A stretch of 63,236 nt of DNA, filler included, from Choristocarpus tenellus KU-1152 (lineage: Eukaryota; Protista; Phaeophyceae): NCBI GenBank assembly GCA_964200185.2. It is 10 parts of 10 records of this genome, joined end to end, with 100 filler letters (N's around TTAATTAATTAA, not from the genome) between each part and the next. Parts side by side here need not be neighbours in the genome. Positions count along the whole stretch, not along the records: positions 1 to 7,990 come from CAXNAD020005297.1; positions 8,091 to 13,433 come from CAXNAD020011085.1; positions 13,534 to 17,074 come from CAXNAD020019374.1; 7 more parts are not named here. One strand, 5' to 3'. The translations under genes and the position numbers were made by a program. The notes under the pieces were generated by a model, which was not told where the DNA came from, searched no databases, and saw nothing but the letters and a program-made list of their open reading frames with translations. This document shows, piece after piece, positions 1 through 13,919 of the stretch; position 1 is the first letter of the stretch; every line of letters begins with the position of its first letter.

Positions 1-1099
1 CCCTTCTTCATATCCTGCCCCCACCCCTGTGCCAATCCATCACCATCATTCCTATGGGAATATGCAGAGTGTGATGACATGGACGAACTCTTTATGGAGC
101 TGCACTTGGTGGGAAGCTTCATGAGAGAGGTGCATGTGTATGTATTTGTGAAAAAAAAAAAGACCACAGGTGGTTTTGAACCTTTGTGCTTCTTACTTCC
201 ATTTAGCTTGTTGCTTTTCACCTCTTCATTGCATTTTCCAGCAAGACGGGGCAGTCAGTAGGATTTGTTCTGGTAAGGGATGCACCACTGCGATGGACCG
301 CTAGTGTTCAAAGAGCCTTGCATTTTTTTCAGTTGTCAACACACATTTTACTCCCCTTCTATTTCCACAACTAGCTGAACCAGAAGGGGATATAGAGTAA
401 GCGAGCGAAGCGAAGGGGATAGATGCAGTGGAAATTTATGTTTCACAGTATTCCTTCCTAAGCCTCTCTTTGTGAAAAACAGAGGTGGCTAGCTTCTTTC
501 TTCTTTTTTTTCCTTTCTGGTCTTTCTCGCACCGTGCGGGTTCTTTGGGGACACTTGAAACTGTGTGTGCAGTGGAAGAGTAGCATCCAACGCATGCTGT
601 GCCTTTTCTCATTGGGAGTACTTGATGTATTGATTTCCTGGAATTGAGTCCCTGTTCTCCATCCATGCAGCCTATTCATTGATTTTTATACCATGTATTT
701 TATCTTGGTGGGGCTTTTGTGCCACTGCTCCTCACTGCGTATCCCCATCTCTTGCTTCTTTCGCCCTCTGGACGTATTTGAACACATAGACTAATGTCTT
801 GCACATAGATTGGAGTGGGCTCTCCCACCATGTCAGTGTTAAGAAATCCTTTTGACTTTTTTGTGCGCATGTGCTTGTGTACAACTGTTGTCAATGTCAG
901 GTGATATGCGCCATGATACTCCAAGACATTGGGAACCTCCTAGATCGTTACCTACGCAAGATGCGAAAGAGCTTTGCCCGAATGTATTGGGATGAGGACT
1001 ATGATGTACATGACACATGATCTGAGCCTGGGGGGGGGTAGAGGCCATAGTCATTGTACAGGTTGTGCTGTATATATGTGGGAGGCATTGCTACCTGTT

Positions 1100-1800
1100 C
1101 AATAAAAACAGCTTTTGATGTGGAGTTTGCTCTTGACAAGGCATGTATGGGAAAAGGGGACTGGGTCAATGCTTTTGTTCGCCTGCTACTGTTTGTTTAT
1201 CTTGTGATGTGATCCCAGCTGGTGTGCACCCCCAAGATATTGGAGCTTCTCCTGGCAAAAGAGGGTGATGTTGACTCCGTTGATGTGTGAATAAGCACCT
1301 CATACAAAGCATGGTTCATGTTGCTTTAAGCGCTTATGCATGAGGGATTGGAATACGCAGGAATGTTGTGCTCCAGAACCAGCTGAGGTGTGACTCACGG
1401 GGAGGTGGTTCTTTGGACCATTGGATTCCGATGTGTGGACAAGACTCTCAAACCACGGGATATCACTAAGTGTTTTTGACCATGAAGGGTGAGGGTGCGT
1501 ACTGCTGTCTCATTGGCTCATGAAAGGATACAATTGTGATAGGAGGGAGTGTAGGTGAGGGGGAGAGAAGTTCCTGCTGTCTCTATGACGCTTAATACAG
1601 GGATGAACTCAAGAGACTCAGGAATGCAGTATACCATGCAGAGTCCATTCCTGTACACTATTGAACTGGAGAGGCAGGAGGGGGGACCATTGTCAAAACC
1701 TTTGTAGACGAGATATTTTTATCCTGTGTTGCACAAGGTCACTCACTATTCTTAGGCATGTTGTAATTTGAACGGATTGAGCTCTTGTCTGGTACATGTG
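1100..1800 (-). mobile_element. Degenerate LINE reverse-transcriptase remnant
   Basis: Decayed RT motifs in the correct order on the minus strand: KGFDN (~1700), QG.LSP-like (~1570), LQYLGV (~1240). Confidence 0.45.
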
Positions 1801-4800
1801 GCTGTCAATATTTAGTGCTTCAGAGTAGAACAAGGGGGAGAGGGTGGGTATGGTGATAGGAGATAGTCCTTTGAGGTGGTTCCTGTGTGTATGGTTGTTG
1901 AAGTAAAGCAGGTTGGCTGAAATCTATCTCTTTCCCAAAATCTCTTTTTGAACTTGAAAACTGCTGATGCTGTGATGTATGTCTAGAGAGAGGGGGGGGA
2001 GGAGCAAAGCAGAAGATTGAAAATGAAATGTGGTGAAGAAAGATGTCATGCTTTCCGAGATTGTAAAAGTCTTTTAGAGGCCCCAGTATGAGTTGTTATC
2101 TCTGCATTGTGTTTAGTTATTGCTTTCGGTGTTCAAGTGCCCCCAAGGTGGTAGGTATTTTGTGTTTGTTGTAGTTGTGGTATTACTTCTGTGTGTATGT
2201 TTCATACAGTAGTCGTGAGTAGTTCCTACGTTAAACACTGACCTCAGGATTTGTAGCATATTCAAGGTGGGTAGTATAGAGCAGCAGCCGTAGTTAGGTG
2301 ACAGGCAGGAGAGGTCTAGACCTCAGATGGGTCCAATCTTGTGGTGCAATGCGTGTTGGTGGTTGTGGTGACCGCAATGAGCAAGTTTCCATGATGTCCC
2401 ATCAAGTCAAAGCCTTCGAAGGAAGTCAAAACTCCATTATTATCCTATTTTAATTGTATTCTTACAAGTTTTATTTTTCTTGTAATGCGACATGCCGCTC
2501 CCTCTGCCTGCCCTCCTCTATACTTGCATTTGTTGCTTGTTTTTGATCAGATTATTTATTCTGCAAGCAAGAATCACTGGGGGTCAATGATCGTTTATCT
2601 TATTAAGTAGTGAAGTGGATGTTTCCACGGAAATGAAAATAGACTCGTAACGCAGGAAGATTGAAGTGATGTTCTGCACATTACCCATTTGTGTATGAAA
2701 GTGCTTTGTGCTAGACCATCATCGAGTCAATACATAAAAGTAGCACTGTTTGCTTTGAGAGGGAATCAATCAACCAACGGCAAAGAGGGTGCCACAAATC
2801 TCCCCATTGCTCTGGGGACCCAGTCACTATATTACTTGCTGGTACAAAATACCAATGCCATCTCTCAAGCTTAAATCTGCGAGGGCTTCCTCCTCACTTC
2901 ATGCAGGGGGCTTGGCTTCACTTGCTCATTACTCTGGATGCACCAAAATCTTGGTGAACATGCGTGGATGTCCACGAAGGAATTGATTCCCGAGAGGTCA
3001 AGGGGTTTTTGTGGTGGCTGGCCAAGCAACAGGCATGTACAAAGTCTTTCGTTAACAGGGCTTCAGAATGTGGAGGAGTGTCAATTATAAAGTATAGTTT
3101 GGATATTGCCGTTGAATGCGTCAGGAGTGGTGGACACGCACGGTATGATGCCCTCCAGAATATGCCTATAGGTGAAAGTACAAGCTTAACACATAATACT
3201 GTCATAATACTGTTGTTGATTTCTCTCAGTCATATCATACTTCTGTCTACATCACAGCCAAGCAGCCTATTTTCATCCTTGCACACACGCTCAGTGACTG
3301 GTGCTGATGCACAAGGAAGGACAGAGAAGGGGAGCTCACCGGAAGGAGGCATGATAATATTTGTTCTGTTTCTCTTGTTCTTGTTGTTCAGTCTGCGTGT
3401 TGTGAGCAATTTCTCGCCTTTGATCGTATCTTCATGCTTGAGCATCCTCTTCCTTTATTCAAATCTGTAGGGTTTAAAGCTGGTCGAGGGAATACTTTCT
3501 TTTGAAGGAAATCTGTTTTTGATGGACCGTGCGGCAACCATGCCAGGTGTGCATGTACCCTCCTGGCTGTTGGTATACTACAAAAGAAGAATGTCGAAAT
3601 AACTGAATTGTAGTGATAAGGCTTCATTGCGGCTAGGTAAATAATGCACAAAAGTCGAGAGAGGAGGAGGGACGAGAGGTGGGATGGCTGAAAGTCAACA
3701 CAGGCGAAAAATCAAGGCACACTTAAATGGTACTGCAGTGTCATTAGTTGGTAGTTGATGAGAAGTAGGTGGTGCAGTGTGTAATGCCTCTGACCATGGG
3801 TCGGGGATAGGTACAGTCAAGTAAGTGGTGATCAGTCCCAGACTAGAGTGAAAAATAAAAATAAAATATATCTTTCCTAGTACATTTTTCTATTAGAGGG
3901 AGAGAAGGAAGAGAGTCAATCAGTCAAGATCAACCCACCACCACCGCAGTGTTTGGAGCACCTAAGATTGTGCGTGAACCACTTGCACTGTCTTCACACC
4001 ATACTTGATGCAGCAAATAAATCAATGTCGTAGTCAGCTCTGGTCAATGATATGATTGATCATCGTAAAGATAATATATGTCATACTTCGAAATAACGGA
4101 TGGGGTTGGATTCTGGTCAGTATTGGTCGGTGTTCTGATATATTTATTTATTTTTTGAACATTTACTACATACTTAATAGTTTACAATGTTTGCATGCTG
4201 TATACTCCGAACCTTGGATGACCTGGCGACTCATGAAGTGGTTGGTAGGAGGGCTAGGGGTTTTAGTCGGAAGGGGAGCAGCGTGAAGGTGTACGCCTAC
4301 GACATATTGTGTCAGGATCAAACCAAGTGAGTGGTAGGCAGGGTTACATTTTAAGGATCCTGAGAAAGGCTGAAGATATTCTATTTTGTACGATCACAGA
4401 AAGAGCGTTTGCTCAACGTGGTGTCACATTGCCTGTGGAAAGAGAGAAAATCGATTTTGCGCACACTATCGCTCACATACAGCGATGAAATAATCTTGTG
4501 GCACAGCGGAAGAAAAATGTCTAATATTGGAAAAAGGAGTCCAAACCTGACCTCTTTTTTGTTTGGCTGTCTGTTCGGTGAATTTCAACTGTGACAATAA
4601 TTCTGGGATAAGCAATGCGATGCAGTGATTACCCATATAAAGCTGTGTTTTTATGTACGTACCGTAGTTCCGTCTAAATTCAAAACAAAACAGTTTTATA
4701 ATTATATGCTCAGACATTTTCCAGATAGATAGATGATGTGTCAGGGGAAAGACCAACGAAATCTATTCACAACATGTCACAAAAATCCCTAAAAAAATGT

Positions 4801-5420
4801 ATTATTTTACCACGAGCTATTATTGTGTGCCACTAACAGCCGATTTCAAAAATTGAGGATGGAGCTTTTCATTGAGGATGGGCTTGACCCAAAATTGACT
4901 CGGAAAAGTGTCGATATGTTTTTTATTTATTATATATATTATTATATATATATCCTCTACTCACTACTGCTGATTGCTTCAATTTTTTGGCAGCATACCA
5001 GAGTCAGACCATAGATAGGAAATACTACATTGTAGGCGGGTTGGCCCTCCCTTGACGATACGAGATCAATTTATGAAGTGAAGGGGTGAGATAGATTGAA
5101 ATTACGAGGTTGGCGACATCATCACATACACACACTATCGGAACAGTTGTGTTCTTTGAACGTACGTTGGAGTGGGAGTTACATGTTGAAGATGTATATT
5201 TGTTTCGTGAAATGCAATCATATTGTAGTAAAAGCTCTATGATGACAAGTGATGCGATGCAGAGACTATCCATAAAAAACGATATTGTGATTTGAAACCC
5301 CTGTAACCGCAAAAAGAAGAGTTTCTGGTCTACTCGAACACACGTTTTCGATTGATTGCTTATTGTGGAGGGGGAACCCATAAAAAATACTAACTCAGAC
5401 ACGCTCCACCAACGGTAACA

Positions 5421-6356
5421 TTGAGGGTTCTTCTCAGCAAGGACGTTTGGCCACAAACAACTATCTCTAGTATTGAGGAATGTGCCGAGAAGCAAAATAA
5501 ATACTTCAAGTATATACACACCATCAAGTATATGGAGACACATTCTGTATCAAGAAGGCTGGGGCGTCTTAACTGGGGCAACAAGCCCAAGGAAGATGCC
5601 CTCAAAAAAGAAAACGAAGCTCTTCGACAACAGGTAGGCTTTCCCGTGAGGAGAAAGGATAGGGAAATATATTCCCAGATACGCAGCAAGGAGAGTCATT
5701 GCCAATATCGAGAAGAAATTCAATATTTTTCCCCAATGATCTGCCCTAACAAATCTCAGGTTGGTACGCTGAAGCGTGTTTTATACCTTCTGGCCAGCGA
5801 TCAAACTGGCAAGCGGGAAATGCATAACCCCGTTTTTCCGCCAATATGTGCCCTCTCTCCCAGAGAGGACCCTGAGCAAGAACAATCTCATCAGTCATCG
5901 GTGGGAGATATCGTGGGCATAGAATCAGGGGAAGAAGAGGGAAAACAAGGTGTAGAGGGAGGTTCACATGGGGTTGCGGAATCTAACTTCTTACTCCAAG
6001 ATGAAGAGTATTCCCTCGAGGAGCAGAAATCAATAGACGAGAGCAGGATGTTGAGGAGATGCCCTTTTGAAGATGAGATTGAAATCGAACAGTGGAGGTG
6101 TGGGAGAGCACACATGGGGGATGAAGGGGCTGATCTGATGGGAGGAGGCGTGGAGGGCGATTGCAAAGATATTGACGGGGCATCGGCAGCATCACTAGAG
6201 GTACCGAAAGATGATGCGGACAAGGGTCACGAATGCAAGGGATTACATGACAAAATATCAATAGGGACAACTTCAAGGACAGCTAGTGAGTCAGATGGCT
6301 ACCCGGACAAGCTATTATTGCTCCTCCAGCATTCTACTGAGGAGGTCGAGAGGTGA
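5421..6356 (+). CDS. Probable coding exon(s) of an uncharacterised acidic/coiled-coil protein
   Basis: 311-codon ORF in otherwise stop-rich DNA, with a coiled-coil-like DALKKENEALRQQ, an E/D/G-rich body, and donor-like sites at ~5633 (CAG|GTAGGC) and ~6352 (GAG|GTGAAT). No recognisable domain. Confidence 0.45.
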   Translation: MRVLLSKDVWPQTTISSIEECAEKQNKYFKYIHTIKYMETHSVSRRLGRLNWGNKPKEDALKKENEALRQQVGFPVRRKDREIYSQIRSKESHCQYREEIQYFSPMICPNKSQVGTLKRVLYLLASDQTGKREMHNPVFPPICALSPREDPEQEQSHQSSVGDIVGIESGEEEGKQGVEGGSHGVAESNFLLQDEEYSLEEQKSIDESRMLRRCPFEDEIEIEQWRCGRAHMGDEGADLMGGGVEGDCKDIDGASAASLEVPKDDADKGHECKGLHDKISIGTTSRTASESDGYPDKLLLLLQHSTEEVER

Positions 6357-6699
6357 ATGCTTGTTTGGGCCCTTGTGACCCCAAGATACTTCTTCCGGTA
6401 CTTGCGACTCGAAAAGAATTCACTATGATGAGAGCATGCAACATAAGAACGCATACTCATACGGCAAACTGGGGGGAAAATCCTGCACCAATAAGGGACA
6501 CAAGAATGTCGTTGCATCCATTTTCTCTAGGGTGATAGAGGAAGGGGGTGAGGGGTGTGTATACCCACCAGGACTAGGACTATCACAAAGTTGTTTGCTC
6601 GTTGTTTTAAAATTTTCACTCCATTCTGTCTTTGGTATTTTGATATATTACACTCCACTCTGAATTAAACTATCGAAAAGGGGGGGCACCTTTGACCTT

Positions 6700-7400
6700 T
6701 CAGAACTTTGAGGCCTACTTTAATCCTCTGAAATAAACCCCATGCCCATGCCTGAAATGCACTTTAAACCTGGCTTAGAAAGGCTGGTTGTAGAAGGGAA
6801 GACTAGCTATTGATACCTTTGCCAAAAAGCGCCCTCCATATTTCTCAATAATGTCTACCACAAGGCAATCACTGGACCCCTTGAAATTCAACAAAGCTTT
6901 CCCCTTAAATGGTACCACCCTCTCCTACATATACATTAGGTGGAAGAAGAAGCATATGAAAGCGTGTAAGGAGGTAGCAGCCTCAGAGAGTCGTCTGCTA
7001 AAGGTGGAACTCGAATTACAGTGAGTTGTAGAAATTACGACATAAATGCCCCCTAACAAACATATTTCCATGTACTCAAAAATGGTTCTATTCCAAGTTG
7101 GTAATACTTGCAAAGCATTACTTCTACATACAGGAGGGCAAGCTGTGCAATGTTACACATATTGATGCACGCATTCTAGAGGTTGCCTGATTTCTGGTTT
7201 CTGAACCCATCGGTGTTGTTTCTATTGAACCAAGCAGCCCTTCTCATACCAGACCCAATGAATAGCAAACTGTTTAGCAAAATGTTGCATTGTCAGTTTT
7301 CATTGACCAAGAAACCTTTAACGGTCATTGTTATCTCACAGAGGATGCTCTCAATTATTGGTGAAGCTTCTCTCAAAACGTGGTACACGTGAGGTGTAGA
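6700..7400 (-). mobile_element. Degenerate L1-like reverse-transcriptase remnant
   Basis: Minus-strand remnants resembling RT domains 1-5 in order (ILLNSL...DGFR; KCFAS; SRRLSEAATSLHAF; VVDI). Confidence 0.4.
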
Positions 7401-7531
7401 AAAGCGCTTTCTAGTGGCTGTATTACTGGAAGTATTGTCCTATCTATGCATGGCAAATGCTTAAATCATCTCACATTCCAGTGAACACAGGTAGCCAGCC
7501 ACCCACACTCCAACTCACACCCACACATGAC

Positions 7532-7537
<6 letters not shown>

Positions 7538-7575
<38 letters not shown>

Positions 7576-7577
7576 GT
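7538..7577 (+). repeat. (TG)n microsatellite
   Basis: Direct reading. Similar CA/TG tracts at ~22477-22513, ~38506-38533 and ~56442-56480. Confidence 0.95.
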
Positions 7578-7990
7578 GAAAAGCGGCTATTTTCACAAAA
7601 CACCCCTCAGATGCATCTTGTCACAAGGTACTTCAAAGTACAATCCAGGCATATACACACAGTGCACCCACAACAGTCACTTGCATTTATCACATTGTGA
7701 AAATATCTACCAAAGCCCAAGCACAAAAGACTTAAATAGTACATTCTTTTTTTTCCACCCAAGGCGGGCTGCTTGCAGTGAGGGGGAAGGGGAGTTGCAG
7801 CACACAGAAATTTAACGAGGCACTATCTAACAGAAAAAAGCTTGCCTGGAAGCTGTAACACCTTGCCTGACATAAATAAGTAGTACTCATATAACACTGC
7901 TTAGAGTGCTATCATGAGCATAGATTCTCATTCTGGCTCAAAGTATCTGGGAGGGGGTGGCGACTGTCCATTTGGGGTCAATTTTTTCAT

Positions 7991-8090
7991 NNNNNNNNNN
8001 NNNNNNNNNNNNNNNNNNNNNNNNNNNNNNNNNNTTAATTAATTAANNNNNNNNNNNNNNNNNNNNNNNNNNNNNNNNNNNNNNNNNNNN
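7991..8090. other. Artificial contig linker (44 N + TTAATTAATTAA + 44 N), first of nine
   Basis: Identical 100-nt linkers at 7991, 13434, 17075, 23217, 34304, 38685, 44239, 50818 and 53518. The 12-mer places a stop codon in all six frames. Confidence 0.97.
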
Positions 8091-9399
8091 AGGGCTTTCC
8101 AGTTTTTGCCTCAGGGAGAGTTTGATTGTGCATCCAAGCGTCTGCATTGCACTTGACCACACTCCCCCCTGCAGTCCCAACAACAACAGAGGTCTGCTGC
8201 CTGGAGGCTGTCATCGCTGGGTGGAATGCTACAACAGTAGGCTTGGGAAAAGGGAAATTTTACACAGAGTGCACGCACAAGAATATTGTATATGGGGAAA
8301 AGATGCAAGTGTGCATCAAGGTCGAAGTCGATAGGTGAAATGCCATATCAAGGATTAGACAACCTGCTAGGAGGGTGAACAACTGAATTATGGTGAAGTC
8401 AGAATCAAGGAAGGGACAAACATAAAATTGCCTGAGATGCTTTGTAATGTGAAATATCCCAAGTAGGTAGGTGTGAGCTTGTGATGCAATGAAATATTTT
8501 ATCCCTCAACAGGGGCCCTTACAACCTTTTTGGACCCCCTCATGTACGTGCTGTACAAATACAGGCAATTCCTGTTCACCCATTCGTTTATGTGGCTCTA
8601 CATTACCATTACCGGCTCTCTCAATACGAACATTTGCTAATAACGCCTCCCAACATATAAATGAAATAATTCCTGCCTGTCCTCATTACCAATACCAACT
8701 CTTGCTCTTGCACATGGGTTTGCTCACAAGCTCATTCATGCCATTAAAAATGTAGAAAACCTCACCAGCACTGGCTATATAAGCGACCTTTTCATTTCTT
8801 ACTCAGCACGTAAGTACAGTGTACAACCAAGTAATTCCAGTGCACTCAACAGTTTGTCTGTCTGTATATGCCAGCCTGGCTCTATAGAGTTTATAATTAA
8901 TGCAGTTTGTATCTAAATCAGATTTTTGATCCAACTTGACTCCAACAAATTCAGCTCCCTCTTATGTGAAGGCATAAGGAGTTGTGGCACGCTCCCTCCC
9001 TTCCTTCCCTGTTCGACTGACCTCCAGCCCCTCAGGGGTCCAGCCCCTCCCAGAGGGACGTGTTGATTCAACCACATACAAAACAGAATTTCAATACCAC
9101 CTGTAAGTACATGTTAACTAGTGTATCAATACTGCTTGTGTAATGTTTTGTAGTATCTTGTCATTGATGGGTTAGAGTTAGGTTTGGGGTTAGGATTTGG
9201 AGCGATAACAAGCCCACACAGTGTGAAAACCTTGGCCAGCCAAAATATTCAGGCAACACGAAAAAGCAGTGAAACACTGCAGCTCCAGTATTGATTCCCC
9301 CCCCCCCGCAATAACTAGGAGAGGAAAGAAAAACATATGTACTCAATCACTGGAACCACAACACAGGACAACAAATGTCAACAATAGAGGGCAGGGTGC

Positions 9400-12300
9400 C
9401 CATTACTCAGTGCTGATTCAGCTCGTGCACTTAAGTTGAGGAGGTACCTCCTATGTCTTAGTAGATTGGTGTTTGAACATTGTTCACGGCGCATCTGCAC
9501 TTGTTTTCATCTTTATGGTGTCAAGAATAGGATTGCTAGAGGAGTCTCCACAACTGGGGGGGGTGGAAATCATCCCAAGTATTGTAGGCAGCAGGTTTTC
9601 ATGCATTTCTTCTAGCGTACTGATTGACTAAGGGTACTTATGGACGGTGCAGATTGGTCTGTCATTATTGTAGACCATGTGTGGGCACCACAGATTCCTG
9701 AGCTCTTGATTGTCAATATTGTGTCCTTGGGGCTGCACCCAACCTTCACTAGCCTCCCCCTCTCATCATATTAGACATTTTTCTAGTATTATGAAGTAGT
9801 GCTTACAGTGTTATTTTGCATTCCCAATATTCTCACTCACCAAGGTGTCATTTATGTCGCGTTTTGGCACTGTTACCCAGTGCTCTCTCTGTGAGCCATA
9901 GTCACCTTGATCCATGACCCGAATCTCACCATCTTCTCCTCGTCCCCCCTCCTTTCTTCCTTCGTCTAGCTCACTCAAATCTCCTTGGTCTGATTTGATC
10001 CAGTCAGCAACAGCGAGGCTTGACAGAGGTCTTTTCAGGTCCTGTGATCGTACCACCATGCTTTGCCCCGGCATCATCACCATAAATAACAGGGTCAAGG
10101 ATAGGGATGGTGATGTGTTAGGGTTAGGTATATGGATTCAATAAAGAGGAGGGTTAGTCATGTGATAGGGTTACAGTTAGGGCTAGGTATATTGATGGAA
10201 CAGTGGATTCTTGGTGTTTGACTTAAATAAAAGTCTGTGGGATCGAATCCTGGCTGGACAGCTTTCACAATGCCCTATGGCAGGAGGATAAACAGATAGG
10301 TTGTGATCCTGAGATGTGCAACAGGAGAAATGAGAAATGTATCTTAGAGGGTATGAGTTTTGCCCTGTTTATCCATTTGGGGCTTGGGTTCCCACCGTTT
10401 TTTGAAGACATTCTCCTATTCTGAAATGTCTCGGAATTGATAAAATGTATACGTTTTGGAGTAGGCTTCATGTATAAAACTATGAAAAGGTGTGTCTGGA
10501 ACAAGGATATTGACACTTCCCGACAAACACAATGGCCAAAATTACATCAAAATCGCAACATTAGATTTTGGTCCCCAAATGGACGCGGCTGTACCCTCTA
10601 AGATACCTTCACTCAATACAAAGAATGAGGTGACTGTTCGGGAAGAGTGCGCAATTGGTGGGGTGATGGCCCACATATTATGCTGGGTTAGGCCTCCAGC
10701 CTCTGATTTTGTTAAACATTAACAAGAGTAGAGTGTCGCGCGACTTTCTGCCCCCGTGGAACAGTGGTGTCTAAATGTCATGACAAGGGTTAGAGGTGAC
10801 ACTGTGTTTAAATAAAATGATAGTGATATGATAGGGCTAAGTATCTATGTAGGGTTAGGGATACGATTGGGGTAAAGGCAAGGGTGAGGGTTGGAGGGAA
10901 TGCACACATACCTGTACGTTGGAGCATGTATCTAATTTCCAATAGATGGTGTTTGGTTATACTATCTCTATCCCTAAAGGGTGTCATTAAATACTTGATG
11001 ATGGTGGTGGGTGAGGTGTGCTGAACGGTGCATGAGAGGTTGTAAGGAGTTGAGGTGTGGGAAACGGAGAGTGTTTTTTCTAACAGGACTTGGTCCACGA
11101 GGCTTGAGATTAGGAAGTGAGACCTAGAATTTCGAAAGTGATATCATTTAGATTGTCTAGCTCCACATCATTCAGCACCCCCAATTGATCCTGTGATTAC
11201 AACATTCCAATAAAAGGATAGGGACAAGGCTAATCATATAGCAATATCACAACTACTGGTACTGAGTGAGGGGGAATAACTGTGGCAACATATCCAATTT
11301 CATATACACTCAGGAGAATGTTCCATTATTTTGTTTATGCTTATTTAATGTAATGTAGTGGAGGGGGACTTCGGTCGCCTCCCTTCACATTTCACACACA
11401 AAGCCCCTTCTCATATCCTCAAGCAAAAGGAGAAAGTAGGGGAATAGTTCGTACGCTCCAACACAGTAATGGCAGTAGGAGATGATTTTTTTTGTTGTAA
11501 TCTGTGAGGTATAATATAGTACAAAAACCTTCAGGTTTATGGGTGTAAGAGTATCAAGGTGAGGGCAAACAGATAGTGCCATATATATTTGCGTATGGGG
11601 TGGTAGTAGTGTGCTCTTAGTAAAACCAACCGTTCTGCACCTTAGGTTTGACACTGTCGAGGGATGTCTTAAACTTGGTAAAAGTTCACATTGCCCAAGA
11701 AACTTCCCATCTGTCCTCTCCAGGAATAAATTCTAATGGTTTGAAATATATACAAAGAATATACCCTATGAAGAATTTGTGGTAATTCTGTGAATTCCAA
11801 ACTTTCCAGTATTTCATTTCTTTTTGATATAGACACCAAGAGTCGAGACCCTATCCCGCCCAAATCTTCTCATTGAAGTATTATGATTGTCCCCATGTGC
11901 CTAGAGGTTTAGGAGGGGGTTGTTGAAAACGTTCTGTGAAGTAAAATAACCTTGCACCACAACAGAGACCATGAGAGATAGGACAAGCGGTCATCAATGC
12001 ATTGCAGTGGTGGTAGTGCTTGCTGCCCCCAAGTCTTTGTCATTCCCTAGTGCAGTAGCGCTGGAGATCCAGACACTATTAATAAACATACGAAGTACGT
12101 CAATGAATTTGCCAGTTTGATGGGCCCTATCATACATTTTTCAAGATGTTTTCTATTCTTTTTTCTTCATACCCTACTATTCTCAGTCAGAAAATTACTC
12201 CCATTCTACCCACTAGGGTTAGGGTTAGAGTTTGGTTGATCCTTAACATCTATGGGAGATTTATGAAAAGAGCATTTAGCAAGAAGTTAACCTAATCCTG

Positions 12301-12700
12301 GCCCCAATCTCAAAACAACATGGGCATTTAAGAAAGACAAAGTCCCCCTCCAAAAGAAAAAAGGCCAACATATTTTTCAAGTAATCCCCACCATGCTGAC
12401 CCCTTGAAGACCTTGTTGCGATGGCAATTGTCAGCATCAATGATCTGCTGCCCCTCCAATGAGTTCAAGCACACAGCTCCAAGGTTGTCCATGGAGACAA
12501 GCTGCGAACGTCCATTGGTGCCAAAGCACACAGATTGCTGCAGAGAGGAAGAGAAGCGGAGTACAGTCCTATTTTTGTGAGCCTTGCCCCATGTTGTGCT
12601 CATCAAATGGTACCAATTCCCCCAAATTCGCATGCTAGCACTCTAGAGCCCTACAAGGTGAATCTGGGGTGGGAGTAACAAATCAAACAAATCATTGTTT
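9400..12700 (-). mobile_element. Patchwork of decayed L1-like LINE fragments
   Basis: APE-like DDFH (~9570) and DQVLL (~11090), C-terminal knuckle-like FVCEM..EATEVPLHY (~11360-11410), strong purine/pyrimidine strand skew. Boundaries approximate; interrupted by a family B MITE. Confidence 0.35.
10332..10614 (+). mobile_element. MITE family B copy
   Basis: Terminal inverted repeat (TIR) GAG..GTATCTTAGAGGGTA / TACCCTCTAAGATAC..ACTC; interior shared with four other copies. Confidence 0.85.
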
Positions 12701-13655
12701 TTCCAACATCAAACGAGAAAACAAGCAGTGAGCAAATTATTTGTGTGAACCCACCACCAAACTCCTCTCTAACTTGGGTAAATTTGCTGTCCGCCAAACT
12801 AGCACTCCTTCCTCTCCCATACGCTGCCCCTTTGATTTTTTACCTAGTTCCCAAACCAATACTGATCCCTGCAAATGAATCAAATATGGCAAAGGACTCA
12901 GGCAGTCATTTTGAGCGCAGGCGGGACTGACATACAGATGTAGGGCAGAAATGAAACATTACATTGTTTTCAAGCGACCTAGGAAATGATCAAGTTTGAA
13001 GTTTGACGAGATTAACCAAGATCGTTGGATGGAACATTGCAAATTGTGCAGATGGTTTTAATGAATATGTCATCAGCCAATCTTTGCGCACAATGTTGTG
13101 CGGATTCGGCACCCAAGAGAAGCGTCTGGTGCACTCCATTTAGCTGTAGAGACTGAACAGCGCCCTGTAAACACCCTGCAAACACCCACCATTCACAGAT
13201 CATCACCCTTCTTCCTAAGAATGAAAGCTATCCTATTTGGCATAGGATTTTGAAGTTCGGAATTTGAAAATGTTTTTCTGACCTGATAGGACCATAGGTA
13301 GCCCTAACCCCAACCTTAACCCAAACTGTCAAAAGTGTTTCGTGTTTTGTGCTATTGATAGGGCTCAAAGTATCTGGGAGGGAGTGGCGGTTGTCCATTT
13401 GGGGTCAATTTTTTCATGTCGCGATTTTTGGGTNNNNNNNNNNNNNNNNNNNNNNNNNNNNNNNNNNNNNNNNNNNNTTAATTAATTAANNNNNNNNNNN
13501 NNNNNNNNNNNNNNNNNNNNNNNNNNNNNNNNNGCATGGCTTCCACTTTCTTCCCCTACCAGCAACGTACTGTACTGCTGTGTGGTCATGACTCAGGAAG
13601 AAAGGCACTTTTCGCGAGAATTTTTTACGCGCGCGCTAAACTCACGTGAATATCT

Positions 13656-13791
13656 CCCCGATTTTGTGCCAAATCGCCCGAATATGAGAATACCGGTACA
13701 AAAGTCTATTTTTTTTTAGCATGTCGAAAAAAGCGGTACAAAAATGCATATTTTTTCGATTTGGTTCACAATAGTTGGCATAAAATCGGGG
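13656..13791. mobile_element. Small TIR element
   Basis: CCCCGATTTTGTGCCAA ... TTGGCATAAAATCGGGG, a 16/17 inverted match. Confidence 0.55.
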
Positions 13792-13919
13792 TAGGTACTG
13801 TACTTGTTTTCAGCAAGGGGAGGATGTCGAATAATCTAGTGTTATTCTTACGTTATCTGTGCTGATACAAGTAAACAACATAGCTTATATGTAAGTTGAT
13901 CTTTAGTTTAGTACAATAC

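Noticed and set aside
2800-3650. Overlapping short ORFs as a host gene
   Set aside because: No consistent spliced frame or recognisable motif could be built on either strand.
8035-8046. Recurrent palindrome TTAATTAATTAA as a biological motif
   Set aside because: Always centred in exactly 88 N; it is an artificial six-frame-stop linker.
8115-8334. WW-like exon continuing the 5421-6356 ORF
   Set aside because: The phase fits, but it lies across a linker and lacks the aromatic core of a WW domain.
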